64,000 nucleotides of DNA from the human T2T-CHM13v2.0 reference genome, Homo sapiens: the NCBI RefSeq assembly GCF_009914755.1, contig NC_060936.1. One strand, 5' to 3'. A model generated the notes under the pieces. That model did not search any database. It was not told the origin of the DNA and saw nothing but the letters and a program-made list of their open reading frames with translations. The translations under genes were made by a program, and so were the position numbers. Numbering within the stretch: the first letter of the stretch is position 1; every line of letters starts with the position of its first letter. Of this stretch, positions 25,729 through 39,944 are shown piece by piece.

Positions 25729-28700
25729 TTAAGATGTTTTATATAAGCCTCATGTTAACCACAAAGCAAAAACCTATGGTAGATGCATAAAATATAAAAA
25801 AGATTTAAAGCAGATCACCACAGAAACCATCAGACTATAAGACAGTGAGAGGAAGAAAAAACAAAGAATCTACAAAACAACCAGAGAACAAATTACACAA
25901 TGGCAGTAGCAAGTTCTTACCTATCAATAATTACCTTGAATCTAAATGGATTAAATTCAGTCAAAAGACATAGAGTGGCTGAATGGATTTAAAAAAAAAA
26001 AGGAAAAAAAAAACAACAAAAAAAAAAACCCAGAAGCTCCAACCATATGCTGCCTACAAGAGACTCACTTCACTAGTAAGGATACACATAGACTAAAAGT
26101 GAAGGGATAAAAAAAGATATTCCATGAAACTGAAAACCAAAAGAGAGCAGTGATAGCTATACTTATATCAGATAAAATAGATTTTAAGTAAAAAAAAAAC
26201 TATAAAAAGAGATAAAGAAGGCCATTATGTAATGATAAAGGGATCAATCATCAAGAAGAAACAACAATTGTAAATAAATACATACCCTGACATTGGAGGA
26301 CCTAAGTATATAAATTATTAAATGCTCTGAAAGGAGAGATAGATTGCAATACAGTAATAGTTGGGCACCTCAGTACTCCATTTGTAACAATGGACAGATC
26401 ATCTAGAAAAAAATCAATAAGAAACACTGGACTTGAATTATACTTTAGATCAAATGAACCTAACAGATATATATAGAACATTCAATTCAACAGCAACAGA
26501 ATACATTTTCTTCTCAAGTGCAGATAGGACATTCTTCAGGCTAGATTGTTAGACCACAAATCAAGTCTTAACAAATTTAAAAGGACTGAAATTATATCAT
26601 GTATATTTTCTGATCACATGTCATGAAACTAGAAATCTATAACAGGAGAAATCTTGGAAAATTTACAAATATGGAGATTAAATAACATGCTTCTACATAA
26701 CCAATGAGTCAAAGAAAAAATGAAAAAGGAAATAAATAATACCTCAAGACAAACAAAAATGAAAGCGCAGCATGCCAAAACTTATGGGATGCATCAAAAG
26801 CATTCCTAAGAAGGAAATTTATAGCAATAAATGCCAATATCAAAAAAGAATAAAAACCGCAAATAAAAAATCTAATGTTATACTTCAAGGAACCAGAAAA
26901 AGAATAAGAATACCAAATTTAGCCCAAAATTAGTAGGAAGAAGGAAATAACAAAGATCACAGACTCTATTTCTAAATGAAATAGAGTCTAGAAAAGCAAT
27001 AGAAACCAACACAACTAAGAGTTCATTTAGATAAAAGATAAAATAGACAAACCCTTAGCTAACCTAACTAGGAAAAAATAACACATAAATAAAATTAGAA
27101 TGAAAGTAGAGATATTACAACTGATACCACAGAAATACAAAGGTTTATAGGAAACTATTGTAAACATTTAGACACCAAAAATGGATAATCTAGAAGAAAT
27201 GGATACATTTCTACACCTGTACAACCCACCAAAGCTGAATCATGAAGAAATAAAACACCTAAGCAGACTAATAATGAATAAAGAGATTGAATCAGTAATA
27301 GTCTGCCATCAAAGAATTCAGCTTCGCAGCTGAGTTCTACCAAACATTTGGAAAACTAATACCAATAGTTCTCAAACCTTTCCAGAAAACTGAAGAAGAG
27401 GGAATATTTTCAAACTCATTTTATTTTGATTTTCTTTAATTTTTTGAAATTTTAAATTATTATGGATACATACTTGGCTTTGGCATTTTCTAAACACATT
27501 TTATGAGGCCAACATTAGCCTGATATCAAAGCTAGGAAAGGACACTACAAGAAAGGAAAATTATAGGTCAATATAATTGATGAAGACAGATGCAAAAATG
27601 CTTACCAAAATACTAGCAAACTAAATTCAATGACACCTTAAAAAAATGATTAACTGTAATCAAGTGGGATTTATTCCTAGGATGCAAGGATGGTTCAACA
27701 TATGCAAGTCAATAAATGTGATTCACCATGTTAATAAAATGAAGAAAAAAATGATCATCTCAATAGATGCAGAAAAGACATTTGACAACATCCAACTCCC
27801 TTTCGTGATTAAATTTTTCAAGACAACAGATATAGAGGTAATGTACCTTAACAAAATAAAGCCATATATAACAAACCTGTAGCTAACGTCATATTCAACA
27901 GTGAAAAGTTGAAAGCTTTTCCTCTAAGATTAGGAACAAAGACAACCATGCCCATTCCTACCACCTCTTTTCAACATAGTTCTGGAAGTCCTAGCCAGAG
28001 CAATTAGGCAACAGAAAGAAAAGCCATCCTAATGGGAAAGAAGAAAACTTGTTTGATGACGATGTGATCTTATATATAGAAAATCCTAATCTCAAAATCT
28101 ACTAGAATTGATAAGCAAATTCAGTAAAGTTGCAGGATACAATATCAACATAAAAAAACAGTAGCATTACTATGCACTTAATAACAAGCTATTTGAAAAG
28201 AAAATTAAGAAAACAATCCCATTTTTTAATAGAAACAACAAAAATAAAATAATTAGGTGCAAATTTAACTAAGGAGGTGAAAGATGTACTGAAAATTATA
28301 AAACACTAAAAAATTTGATGAAAATACAAATAAATGAAATGATATCTTGTGTTCATGCATTGGAAGAATTAATATTGTTAAAATTTCCATGCTACCCAAA
28401 GCAATCTACAGGTTCAATGCAATTTCCAATGTCATTTTTCACTTTGTTATTTTTTCACAATGACACTGGAAATTTTTCACACTTTACACAAACAGAAAAA
28501 AAAAACCTTAAATGCATATGGAATCACAAAGACACCAAATAGCTGAAACAATCTTGAGCAAAAGGAATAAAGCGGGCAACATCATACTACCTGACTTCAA
28601 AATATATTATAAAGCAATTATAATGAAAACAGCATGGTACTGGTGTAAAAACAGACAAATCAACCAGTTTAACAAGACAGAAGGCCCAGAAATAAACCCA

Positions 28701-30112
28701 CACATTTACAATCAATTGGTTTTTGACAAAGGTGCCAAGAACACATAATGGGGCAATTACAATCTCACATAAATGATGCTGGGAAAAATGGTTATCCACA
28801 TGCAGAAAAATAAAATTGGACCCTATATTATACCATGTACAAAATAACTCAAAATGGATTAAAGACTTAAATGTAAGACCTGAAACTGTAAACTACTAGT
28901 AGAAAACAGGGGAAAAGCTCCATGCTATTGGTCTGGGCAAGGATTTTTGAATATCATCCTGAAAGCTCAGGCAACAACAGTGAAAATAGACAAATGGGAT
29001 TGTATCAAACTGAAAAGCTTCTGCACAGCAAAAGAAACAATTACCAAGGTGAAGAGACAACCACAGAGTGGGAAAAACGTATTTGTAAACCATACATCTG
29101 ATAAAGGGTTAATATCTAAATATATAAGGAACTCAACTCAATAGCAAGAAAACAAATAACCTGATTAAATGATAAGCAAATGACTTGAACAGACACTTCT
29201 CAAAAGACATTCAGATGGACAAACAGGTTCATGAAAAAATGCTCAGAAATACTAATCATTAAGGAAATACAAATTAAAACCACAACGAGATATCTCACAT
29301 CTATTAGAATGGCTCTTATTGCAAAGATGAAAGTTAACAAGAGTTGGGGAGGATGTGGAGAAAAGGGAACACTGATACACTATTGGTAAGAATATTAATT
29401 AGTACAGCCATTATGGAAAATGGTATGGAGCTTCCTCAAAAAACTAAAAATAGTTATATAATCCAGCAATCCCACTTGAGGAGATACATTGAAAAGTATC
29501 CAAATCAGTATTTTGAAGAGATATCTGCCCTTCCATGTTCACTGTAGCATTATTAACAATAGCCAAGATATGGAATCAACCTAAGTGTCAATCAACAGAT
29601 GAATGGGTAAAGAAAATGTAGTATATATACACAATAAAATATTCAGCCTTCAAGAAGAATGAAATTCTGTCATTTGGGACAACACAGATGAATCTAGAGC
29701 ATATTATGTCAAGTGAAATAAGCCAAGCACAGAAAGACCAATACCTCATGATCTCACTTATGTATGGAATCTAAAAAAGTTAAATTTATAGAAGTGGAGA
29801 GAAAATGGTTGTGACCAGAGGATGGGCTTTGGGAGAACGAGGGGGTGCAAAGTTACTGGACAAAGGGCGCAAAGTTTCAGCTGGACAGGAAGAATAAATT
29901 TTGAGCTCTATTGCACAGCAGTGTGACTATAGTCAATAACAATGTATTGTAAATTTCCAATGTATCACCACAAAAAATGTCAAGCAAGGTGCTAGCTGTG
30001 TTGATTAGCTTGATTTACTTACTTCAGATTGTATACATATATCAAAACATCACATTGTATGCTATAAATGTAATACAATTATGATTTGGTAATTAAACAT
30101 AATAAAAATGAA

Positions 30113-30600
30113 AATAAAAAGACAAGTAAACTAATATTAAAATGGGCAAAGGATTTGAATAGACATTTCTTCAAAGATACACAAGTGTCTGATAAGCTCA
30201 TAAAAAGATGTTCAACATCATTAATCATTAGGGAAATGCAAATCAAAATCATGAGGTGTCACCTCACACTTACTGGAATGGCTATAATAAAAGACAGAAA
30301 ATAACAAATGTTGACAAGTAGTTAAGAGAAATTGAAATCCTTATACATTGCTGGTGGGTGTGTAAAATGGTTCACCCACTTTGATAAAGAGTTAAAATAC
30401 CTCAAAATGTTAAACATAAATTTACCATATGATCCAGCCATCCTACTTCCAGCTATCTACTTAAGAGAAATAAAAACACACATCTACATAAAAGCTTGTA
30501 TGCTGTTCATAGCAGCATTTTGTATAATAGCCGCAAATTTGGAGCAACCTAAATGTCTAACAACTGATGAATGTATAAACAAAATGTGGTATGTGCCCCA
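30113..30600 (+). mobile_element. L1MB-like ORF2 C-terminal region (continuation of outer host)
   Basis: Translates [10 protein letters not shown]...[13 protein letters not shown] and LPYDPAILL. Confidence 0.85.
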
Positions 30601-33147
30601 CATAATGTTTTCAGAATTAAAAGAGATACTATGTGAAGCTGCATATAGTAGAAGGCACTGTGGGGTGTATGTGTGTGCGTGTGCATCTGTGTGTGTGTGT
30701 TTTCTTTTACTACACCAGAGAGTGATGGGTTCAGGAGAAACATTAAGTTGCTTATAGGAAATGCAGATCCAATGCAGTGTGAGGAAGTTTTCAACTCTGT
30801 CTCTAAAATTAGAACTGCCTAAGACTATACTGCTAATAAGAGGTATGGTTATGATGCTGAAGTGTATATTTAATTTCTGAGTACTGCAGCCAGTGAATTT
30901 CCATAGAAAGGCACCTAAAATGAGAAGACAGATGTAATGTGTGGAAGAATTAAAAAGACTGCTTTTCCCCCCTGGGGAGTTGAAGATTTGAAGGAGACAT
31001 GATTTAAATTTATAAGTCTGGAAATGGATGTGCAAGATAAAAAATCGAGTTGTTTATTAAATCTCAAAACATTAAAAAATAAGCAGGTGAGAACCAGAAT
31101 TACTACCCAGAGCAGAAACCAATCTTTTCACTGTGTGAAACACCAAGAGATGGTAACGGGCAGAGAAATACACGAACTCTGCTAGGTTGTGCATGCTTTT
31201 CTCGATGACTGAGGCTCGCTGGAGAAGCTGGGATTGCTCTGCCCTTGTAGGGTGACCTTAAACAGCACATCCAAGCTCTTCCAGGTACATCCCTAGGGGT
31301 CACTTTCAAACACAGAATACTAGACTGCATGAACCAGGAGTGCCATCCTTTGGGGCATTTGTTCTCAACTAAAGATATGAAAGCATGACCCTATTATAGA
31401 AGCTGTTCTTTTTCTTCTAGATACTGATTTTGTCTTCTAACATCATTTTGAATCTCTTTTAAATAAACTTGTCAGAAGCTGCTTCATGCATAGCAGTTGG
31501 AAGTATTTTTACTCTAATCAAAGGGCAATTGCTGAAACAGACTGTCTAAAGTTACTTTCTAAACATTCCTTTCACCTTCTTGTCTCCAGCTCAACTTCCA
31601 CTCTCCCAACAGAATTCTGCAAAAACTTTCTCTTTTTTTGCTTTGGTAGTTTTGTTAATACCACTTAAAACAATCGAGCTGAAGGAGCAATGCAGCCTCC
31701 TTCCCTCTCTCAAGTTTTTGAGTTCTGGGAGTCCTTACAGGTATCCATTCTTCACCTGGGGCTAATGGAGCAGCAGAAGCATCACCTGCTAAGCAGGTGG
31801 AAAGCCCCGACTGTCAGTGTTTGGGGGGAGTATTGGTCCTCAATACGGACTATAATGAAAACTTCAAAATTACTTTCCACCAGTGGCTACAATGAAGGGC
31901 TCTGGGATTTGAGCTTCTCTTTGAGAGAGCAGTGTTTCAACAGAAGAGCTACCCGGTGGACTGATGAAGGTAGGGAGAGGCCACATCTTTTCAACAGTGC
32001 TTCAAAGCCTGTCCAGGTTCATTCGCTTTATGTACTCCAAAATGAATTCCATTCGCAGCTGGAATGTTTAGTATCAGCAGGGCCAATAGATTTTTCCACT
32101 ACGCTCAGCCCTAGTGTCCATGTTCCCATTAAACACATCTAATTCAAAAGCCAAGGGAGGCGCATACATCTCAAGCCTACTCTCAGCTTAATTCCCTCTG
32201 TCTTTTTAAAAGCTGCTCTTCCAGAATGAATTATAAATCAACAACAGCAAATTTTCACATGGAACTGTTTATGTGTTTTTAAAGAGGAGCTTCTGGGAAG
32301 AAGCCGAAAGAAGATTTAATAAATGGAGAAACTGTGAAGCTTCCAAAGCACATAAGTAAAATTAAGAGACAAGATGTGACTCAAGATATCAGGAGATACA
32401 GCGCAATGATGGGTACCTTCATGGGTAGATGTGATGCACAGAGCCGCCTTTTCAGCTTCCAGGCAGGCAGTGAGGGTGGTTTTCTCACTTCTGCTGAGCC
32501 TTGAGCAACGCTGCCCTGCTCTGAATCATGGAGGCTCAGACTATGGCTTAAGGGCAGGATCTAGGCAGAACCACCACCTAGGCAATTTCGATGGCCATCT
32601 GCCTCCTGCCCCTGAAATTGCTCTTATGGGTACTCTTCTCTCTACTCACCTTTGATTTACGCTTCTTGCCTGCCCTCCCTAGCACCTCTCCGGGCATCTT
32701 TGGTCATTTGATTATTTTTCACGGTATCCTTTCTATTTTAACAAATTTCTAACTGTCTTATTTTCTGCACCACCGCTCTCCCCATATTTAAAGCTTTACC
32801 TCTATTTTCAGTGCCCAGGCTTTTCTGGAGAAGCTGGGACTCCAAATTTCTTGCTTTAAAGGGGTCATGCCATGGAAGCTTCCATCTGCCAAGTTGAAGG
32901 ATGAAGTGAATGTGTAGTCCTTTGTGATCAGAGTCTCTGTGGAGCAAGCCAGTATTGGTCAAAGTCTGGTCCACAAACGAGTGCCCACCTTTCAACTATA
33001 GGTTACTGCTCTGTAATGAGACAGTAAAGAAATCAAGAGTAAGAATATCACAATCTTATAGCAATCTGGAATTGCCACAGCATCTCAGTATGCAGTTATT
33101 TTCCTAATAATTCATTTTCAATTTATTTTATAAAAGTATCAGTTTGT

Positions 33148-33421
33148 GTCCAGGCGTGGTGGCTCACACCTGTAATCTCAGCATTTTGGGAGGCCGAGGC
33201 CAGCGGATCACCTGAGGTCAGGAGTTTGAGACCAGCCTGGCCAACATGTTGAAACCCCGTCTCTACTAAAAATACAAAAAATTAGCCAGGTGAGGTGATA
33301 CACACCTGTAATCCCAGCTACTCAGGAGGCTGAGTCGGGAGAATTGCTTGAACCTGGGAGGTGGAGGTTGCAGTGAGCCGAGATTACGCCACTCCACTCC
33401 AGCCTGGGAGACAGGAAAAAT
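33148..33421 (+). mobile_element. AluSx-like, lacking the last ~16 nt and most of the A-tail
   Basis: Ends ccagcctgggagacaggaaaaa; TSD aaagtatcagtttgt (33133-33147) / aaagtatcagtctgt (33422-33436). Confidence 0.95.
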
Positions 33422-33688
33422 AAAGTATCAGTCTGTGATGGAGAGGACATTTTAAAGAAGTTTCCACTGTTGTGGGACACCCCTAGCTCTTCCAATTCAG
33501 CACATGAAGGTACACTGGATGGAAACCCTTTAGGCTTACCTCTCACACTTCAGTCCCTCACTGCTAGTCATGCACAGTGGGATTTTTTTCTTGCTCTTCC
33601 TCCATAAATGCATTTAATCTTCTAAATTTCATGTCTCAGTGGAGAATGGGCAATCTTTGGTATTTTAGCTGAAGTTACACAGGGTTTC

Positions 33689-34035
33689 TGATATGGTTTG
33701 GGTCTGTGTCCTCACCCAAATCTCATCTTGAATTGTAATCCGAGTTGTAATCCCCAAGAGTCAAGGGAGGGACTTGGTGGGAGGTGATTGGATTGTGGTG
33801 GCAGTTTCCCCTGTGCTGTTCTCGTCATAGTGAGTGAGTTCTCACGAGATCCGATGGTTTTTAAAAATGTTTGGCAGTTTCCCGCTGCAATCTCCTCTCT
33901 TGCCACCTTGTGAAGACATGCCTTGCCTCCTTTCTGCCTTATGCCATGACTGTAAGTTTTCTGAGGCCTCCCCAGCCATGTGGAAGTGTGAGTCAATTAA
34001 ATTTCTTTTGTTTGTAAATTACCCAGTCTAATACG
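33689..34035 (+). mobile_element. THE1 (THE1D-like) solo LTR with a short U5 deletion
   Basis: tgatatggtttgg...ctgaggcctccccagccatg...aattacccagtc|taatacg; 5-bp TSD gtttc/gtctc. Confidence 0.92.
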
Positions 34036-35653
34036 GTCTCTAATTCCCTAGTGTTTTTCTTCTCTGTGGTCTTTTCTTTATTCCTTTAATGTATATAGTC
34101 AACTCCATGCCTTTCAATCCCATCTTAGTCTTTGTTTTCTATCAGGCACCCACCAAATTTCAGCCGTGGTTATGGGGACACCCTGAGCTCGTCTTCTCAC
34201 CCCTAGCCTTTCTGCTCCCTGGAGATCACCATGTATCTAAACAGGTGTGAAAAGGATTGGCTAGCACCTTTTCAGTCACTAGGCTAATTCCAGGGAAGTT
34301 TCATTCCTCCCAGGGGACAGCTCTCTAGGACTTTTACTAAAAAGTTAAAATCCACTTACTTGAAAACAACTCGATCTTGCAAATGCAGAATGACTTGAGG
34401 GGAAAAATAAAAGCCCCATTCAGAGCCTCTCTACCCCAACTATTTAGTGAAAGCTGTCACAAGAGGGATGAGTGACATATTTGAATGAGTTCTTGGGGTT
34501 TTCTCTGCACGAGGCAAACCCAGGACCCAGCAGGAGGCAAACCAGCTGCAGCTTGTCATATATTAGTCAATTATCCTAATGATTTTTTCCCCACTAAAAA
34601 GCACGAATCCAGGTTGCTCTTATATTTTATTAAGATTTTACTTTGTCTACTCACAAATATTAATTGGATTCTCTCCATGTTGATTTCAGCCTCTGGGGTT
34701 TGGGGGTCACTGCAGGTGCATGAGGGCCAGTGGAGGGGGAGTGAAGACTGGCAGGAAGTGCCTTCCTTCCCCGCGTTTCCGTCCCCTGCTCTTGCAAGGA
34801 CAGCATTTGATTAGTCCTTTACAACCTGTTTCTCCTCAGATACAAGGAAAATACTGCAAACCACTGTGCCAATTCTGGCTGTGGCTCCTTTGAACACTGT
34901 GGGATCTGCTAGAGGAATGTGAAATAAATCCAAAAAAGGCTGCTTTATGGATCTTTGAATGTGGTGTCACAGAAGGAAACTGTCTTAGAAATCATAGCTA
35001 AAATTGGATAGTTCGTTAATTCTGTGGAAAATTTTTTGAATTACAATTAATCTTTAGCCTAGTAGTCATTTCTAGCCAATGCCCTCCACTCAGTATACAT
35101 GACAGTATTACTGAGATATAATTGAAATCTAAGACCTTGATTCAGTCCTCTATCAGTGGCCTTTCTTCTTTCTGTGGTCCATGCAGCCATCATTCTAGTA
35201 GTCAGGTAGTAATTGCATCACAGTTCTGAACAAATGTTGGTGTGGGTAACTGTTTTTCTTTTCTTATTCTTTTACTCCTTAAACTTAAATATATAGATTT
35301 TTGCTCCCTGTTCTAACTCATATTTGCTAAAAAATTTACTCAATGCTATATTGGTAACTGATCAATTTAGTCCATTCAATCATTACGTTAACGGAGCTAG
35401 TACTGTGGCTTTGCACCTGAAATTTCTCTTAAACTCTGGCATGTCATTGCCTCTGAATAAGGTGGAATAAAGTGGCTAAGCCAAGACAAATTTGATAGTA
35501 CCAATAAAAATGTAACTTAAAGCACTTGTTCCCATAAAATGTTTTAGGAGCATTATTTTCCTATATTAAGGATGGCACATCCATATACTTTAGTGTTTTA
35601 TTACAGCATCAAGAACATTTAGAAAGAAGCCAAGATTTTATCACTCTTTCCTT

Positions 35654-35847
35654 AAAAAATAATGTATTGTATATTTCAAAATAGCTAAGAGAGAAGATTT
35701 AGAATGTTCCTAACACAGAAAAATGATACATGTTTGAGGTGATGAATATCCCAATTACACTGATTTGATTATTACACATTATATGCATATATCAAAATAT
35801 TACATATACCTCACACATAAATTCAATTATTGCATATCAATAAAAAT
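35654..35847 (+). mobile_element. L1MA 3' terminal fragment
   Basis: tgtatatttcaaaatagctaagagag...gtttgaggtgatgaatatccc...caataaaaa. Confidence 0.85.
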
Positions 35848-35947
35848 CATAGAATTTCATGTTCTTTTCCCTTGAATGTCACTACTTAAATACAAAGCCA
35901 CACTAGCAGTACAGAAGTTCCATTTAAAGAGGGAGGTGGAGTGAGTG

Positions 35948-36145
35948 AACATGGCATGCTTCAGTGGAAAGAGCAATGGAATAGAATTCTGCAGAACTCA
36001 GTTCCAACATGGCCTCTCTTGCTACAACATAAGATCATGGGTGAGCCAATTGACTGCTGTGTCCCTGAGTTCTCATTTTGCAAAAGGGTAATGATAACTG
36101 ACTTTGACTTCTTATGGAATTTCATGTCAAGATTAATAAAAGAAT
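35948..36145 (+). mobile_element. MIR
   Basis: cagtggaaagagcaatgga...ctgtgtccctgagttctcattttgcaaaagggtaatgataac. Confidence 0.6.
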
Positions 36146-36757
36146 AAAGTGAAAGCTGTAGCCTGAGCCCCCCAGGAAGAGGGGAAATCAAATTTTCCAG
36201 CCTAAGGATGGCTCCCCTACCAAGATGAAACCTGTCTATTTGTTAAGGAAGGAAAACCGCTATGGAAAATTGGGAAGGACCTACTTTAGTCCTTCAATGT
36301 ATTGCATATTTTTGTTTTATCTTTTTGGATTCTTTCTCTGCTCCCCCTTGTCAATGGTGCTAATTTCCATTCTAGGATCTGTTTTGATCTAGGGAAGGAA
36401 ACCATATCCCTAGCACTAGGTCTTGGGCAGAACCAGTGTGAATAGGCACATGTTTCCCATTGAGGCTGGGATGGATTTCTCCTTATCACAGCCCTAGAGT
36501 GACATTTTGGTGCAGCTTCTGCTCCAATGCTTATCCTCATGGAAACTCATAGAACCTATTTTCTTCAATGTATCAGTAAGAATTCTTATGTTGCAAAGAT
36601 TCAATCCATCTGAGGTAAGAGGAAAGAAAAGGAGATCGGGGTAACCGTGATAGTGACAACATTGACCAAATGTGGTAGAAGCTCTGGCAGTATAAGCAAA
36701 TGTCTTTCAAAATCACAGAGACATACAGTAGTTGCAACTTCCCAGCAGCCTCAAGAC

Positions 36758-37083
36758 CAGGGTCACAAACACAAATGCCTACATGGGTTAAAAAGAAAAT
36801 GTAGATGAGGACTTATTGAGAGATAACAGGGATTGGTTGGGAGTATAGCAAAATTGAGCTTGTATGCTCACTCTAGCCATTGTTACCATATGGGAATATG
36901 GATTCAATTACAAATGAGCTTTCAGTTTTTAAAGAGAAACCAGAAATCTATATTTTTATGTGAAATCTGTTTTTTAGTGTAGGCTCAATAATAATGATAA
37001 TTTTAATAATATGCACTGTGCATATGAAACAAGTCATGTCTGTGGGCTGAATTTGTCTGTGAATGGCCAGTTTGTGACTTCTG
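36758..37083. mobile_element. MER102-like hAT-Charlie element
   Basis: TIRs cagggtcacaaac / gtttgtgacttctg; internal aaagagaaaccagaaatc..atttttatgtgaaatct. Confidence 0.75.
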
Positions 37084-37569
37084 CTAGATCTTCCTTCCCA
37101 GAGCAGAGTAGTATCTATGGTGCTTTTGAGTCATAAGCCCCTAAACCTCATTCTGTGTCTGAACAGGAATAAGTGACTTGAGGATGGAGGTCGCATTGGA
37201 TTATATCAAGTATGCTGCTGGTAGCTCTGTATTTGTTGGTTGGTTTGTTTTGCCATGAAACAGTTCCTCTACTGACTTGATTGTCATCTCTCAGGTTAAT
37301 AGCCAGGGAAACAACTGTTAAAATGAAGGCACTCAGTCTGTGTATTATATTTTGATGGATCTGGTGCTCACATACCTAAAGTGATCACCTAAATTCATTC
37401 CTTAGATGATAAGAATTTGGATAATAAAATTGTGTTAGCTCTCTTGCTCCCAATATTTTTGTGGACCTGCCATAGTAAGCACTTTTTTCAAGCCTGTGAT
37501 TTTCTCCACTAACTGAAAAAATTGATAAAGTAATGTATCATTTAAAAGATCTGAAATTTAATTCACACT

Positions 37570-37700
37570 GTAGCTGGACATTTTAGCCATGTGATTTGAT
37601 TGAGACTGACCCCTTTCCAGTTCCAGAAGTGGCCCCTGATGAGACTAAGCCAGTTAGAGTGAATCTGTCCCTTGTGCCTCTATGGTTCTGAGACAGGTAC
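37570..37700 (+). mobile_element. LTR16-like ERVL LTR, 5' part (3' part at ~39985-40217)
   Basis: ccagttccagaagtggcccctgat..ctaagccagttagagt; later gaaggatgaagctgacac...ttcagtcacatg...gagtcctaacc. Confidence 0.5.
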
Positions 37701-37702
37701 TA

Positions 37703-37990
37703 GATTGTCAGGATGCTTTGAGGTGCAAGGAACTGAAACCATAATTCAAACCAGTTTAAAACAGGGCAATTTGTTAGCTCATGTAGCTCAAAGTCCAGAG
37801 AAAAGTGTGGGCTGAAGGCCAATGGTATGATCAGGGCTCCGGTTCTATTTCTGTATCATTCTCCAGGGCCACTTATCTTTGGCTGGCTTCTTTGGGTCAC
37901 AAGGTGGCTATCAGTAGAAGCAGGAGCACATTTCTTTGTTCATGTTGAGAAACAGAGACCATTTGCATAGCCACGAAACAGATAATCACA
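37703..37990 (-). mobile_element. Old MLT1 (I/J/K-like) LTR fragment
   Basis: gtcaggatgctttgaggtgcaagg..aattcaaaccagtttaaaac...gctcatgtagctcaaagtccag. Confidence 0.55.
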
Positions 37991-38490
37991 GTCCCATTTT
38001 CTTTTTGGAATCACGGCACACATTTGAAATGAGAATATCTGATGGCACTGTAGGGCAAGGATGGGGGAAGAAGGTTTGGGGCTAAAAGTGACTAATCCTG
38101 GGAATTACCACCGACCTGGTTCTCCTGGCCATCGCGAGGGCTGAGGAGGTCAGTAACTCAGCACTTGAAGTGCCCATTTCTGCAGCATATTAGTGGGAAA
38201 TTTTGTCTGGGAATGACTTGGATCTACCCCAGACTGAGAGATGGGGTCCATTTTTCCTGAGATTTGTGGGCTGCCTTCAAGAGGGGCAGATCGCTTGATG
38301 ATGGTGAGAAGAGAGCCTCTCTCTTTTCCTGAAAGACAGTAGAATAACAAATCTTATTAGTTCTAGGAAACTATTCTTTTTCAGCTTCACCCTCAAATTG
38401 TAAACCCCATCAACCATATCTCATCATCTGCACTACTTGCATCCTTGTCTGAGCCACTAGCATTTCTTGTCTGGATCCTGTGCTAGCTCC

Positions 38491-38935
38491 TGTACTGGTT
38501 TCCTAGGGATTATGCAAGTGGCTTAAAACAAAAGAAATGTATTCTTTCACAGTTCTGGAGGCCAGAAATTAGAAATCAAGGTGTCAGAAGGACCATGCTC
38601 TCTCCCAAAGTGTGAGGGGAGAATTCTTCCTTGCCTCTTGCAGCTTTGAATGGCCCAGATGTTTCTTGGCTTGTGGCAGCGTAACTCCAATCTCTGCCTC
38701 TGTCTTCACCTGACTTGCTTCTCTGTGTTCCTATGTGCCAAATCTCTCCCTGCCTTTCTCTCAGAAGACACCTGTCATTGGATTTAGGGCCCACCCTAAG
38801 TCCAGGATAATCTCATTTTGAGATTCTTAATTATATTTGTAAAGAATTTTTTTTTCCAAATAAAGTCACATTCACAGGTGCCAGAGGTTAGGACTTGAAC
38901 ATATATTTTTGGGGGACCCTATCCAACCACCACAC
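38491..38935 (-). mobile_element. MLT1C-like LTR
   Basis: gtggcttaaaacaaaagaaatgtattctttcacagttctggaggccag...ggatttagggcccaccctaa. Confidence 0.88.
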
Positions 38936-39539
38936 CTGCTGTTTTTACTCCCTACTTCTGCTCTTTCACCCCTACAGATTATTCTGCACACAGTGTAATG
39001 GTCCTTTTAAAACATGTCAGATAACCCCTGCTCACATCCTCCAATACTTCTTGGGAGCCTTAAACTAATATCCCATCTTTGTAGCATGGTCTCTGAATCC
39101 CTACCATTGTTTCATAGCTTCCACTCTTTCTTCATCTCACACTGCTATCCCTCTTGCTCAGAGGACTTCAACTCTACTGGCCCTCTCACTCTTCCTCCAG
39201 CACGCCACAAACACTCCTTCCCTAGAGTCCTTGCAGTGGCTGTTCCTACTGCTTGGGAGCTCTTTTCCTGTAAGTATTATCATGGCCAGCCCCCACACTA
39301 TAATTAGGACTCAGATGTAATGTTTCTTCCTCGGAGAGGGCTGATCATCTTGGATAGAGCAGCATTCCTGTTACTCTCTTTTGCTTTTATTTTTTTCTAA
39401 GTGCTTATTGAACTAACGCCATGTTTTATATCTGTTTCCTCTGTATATATGGCATGTCGTTCCTACTAGAATGTATGCTTTATCTCACTAGTTCCCTTCT
39501 GTATTCACAAAACAGAACAATGCCTGACATATTAGAGAG

Positions 39540-39944
39540 TGTCCTATTCCTTTCACGCCATTATAACAAAATGCTGAGACTGAGTAATTCATTAAGAAAA
39601 AAATTTTGTTTCTCGCCATTTTGGAAGCTGAGAAGCTCAAGATCAAGATGCCAGCAGGGTCGGTGTCTGATGAGGGTTGCTCTCTGTTTCAAGGTGGTTC
39701 CTTAGTTCCTTGTTGCTGGTTCCCTGGAGTGGAAAAACAGTACATTCTCACATGGTGGAAGAAATAGAAGGAATGGACTTTTCCTCTCAAATCCTTTTAT
39801 ATGGCACTCATCCCATCCCTGAGGGCTCCAGCCTCCTGACTTGAACACCTCTGAAGGGCCCTGCCTCATAATACCATCAAACTGAAGATTAGATTTCAAC
39901 ATGTGAATGCTGGGTTTGTGGGGGGACACATTCAGACCATCGCA
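39540..39944 (-). mobile_element. MLT1A-like LTR
   Basis: caagatcaagatgccagcag..ggtgtctgatgaggg...gggggacacattcagaccatcgca. Confidence 0.85.

Noticed and set aside
30484-31035. 183-aa minus-strand ORF, the longest in the window
   Set aside because: Non-ATG start, runs through a (CA)n tract and antisense L1; no domain similarity recognised
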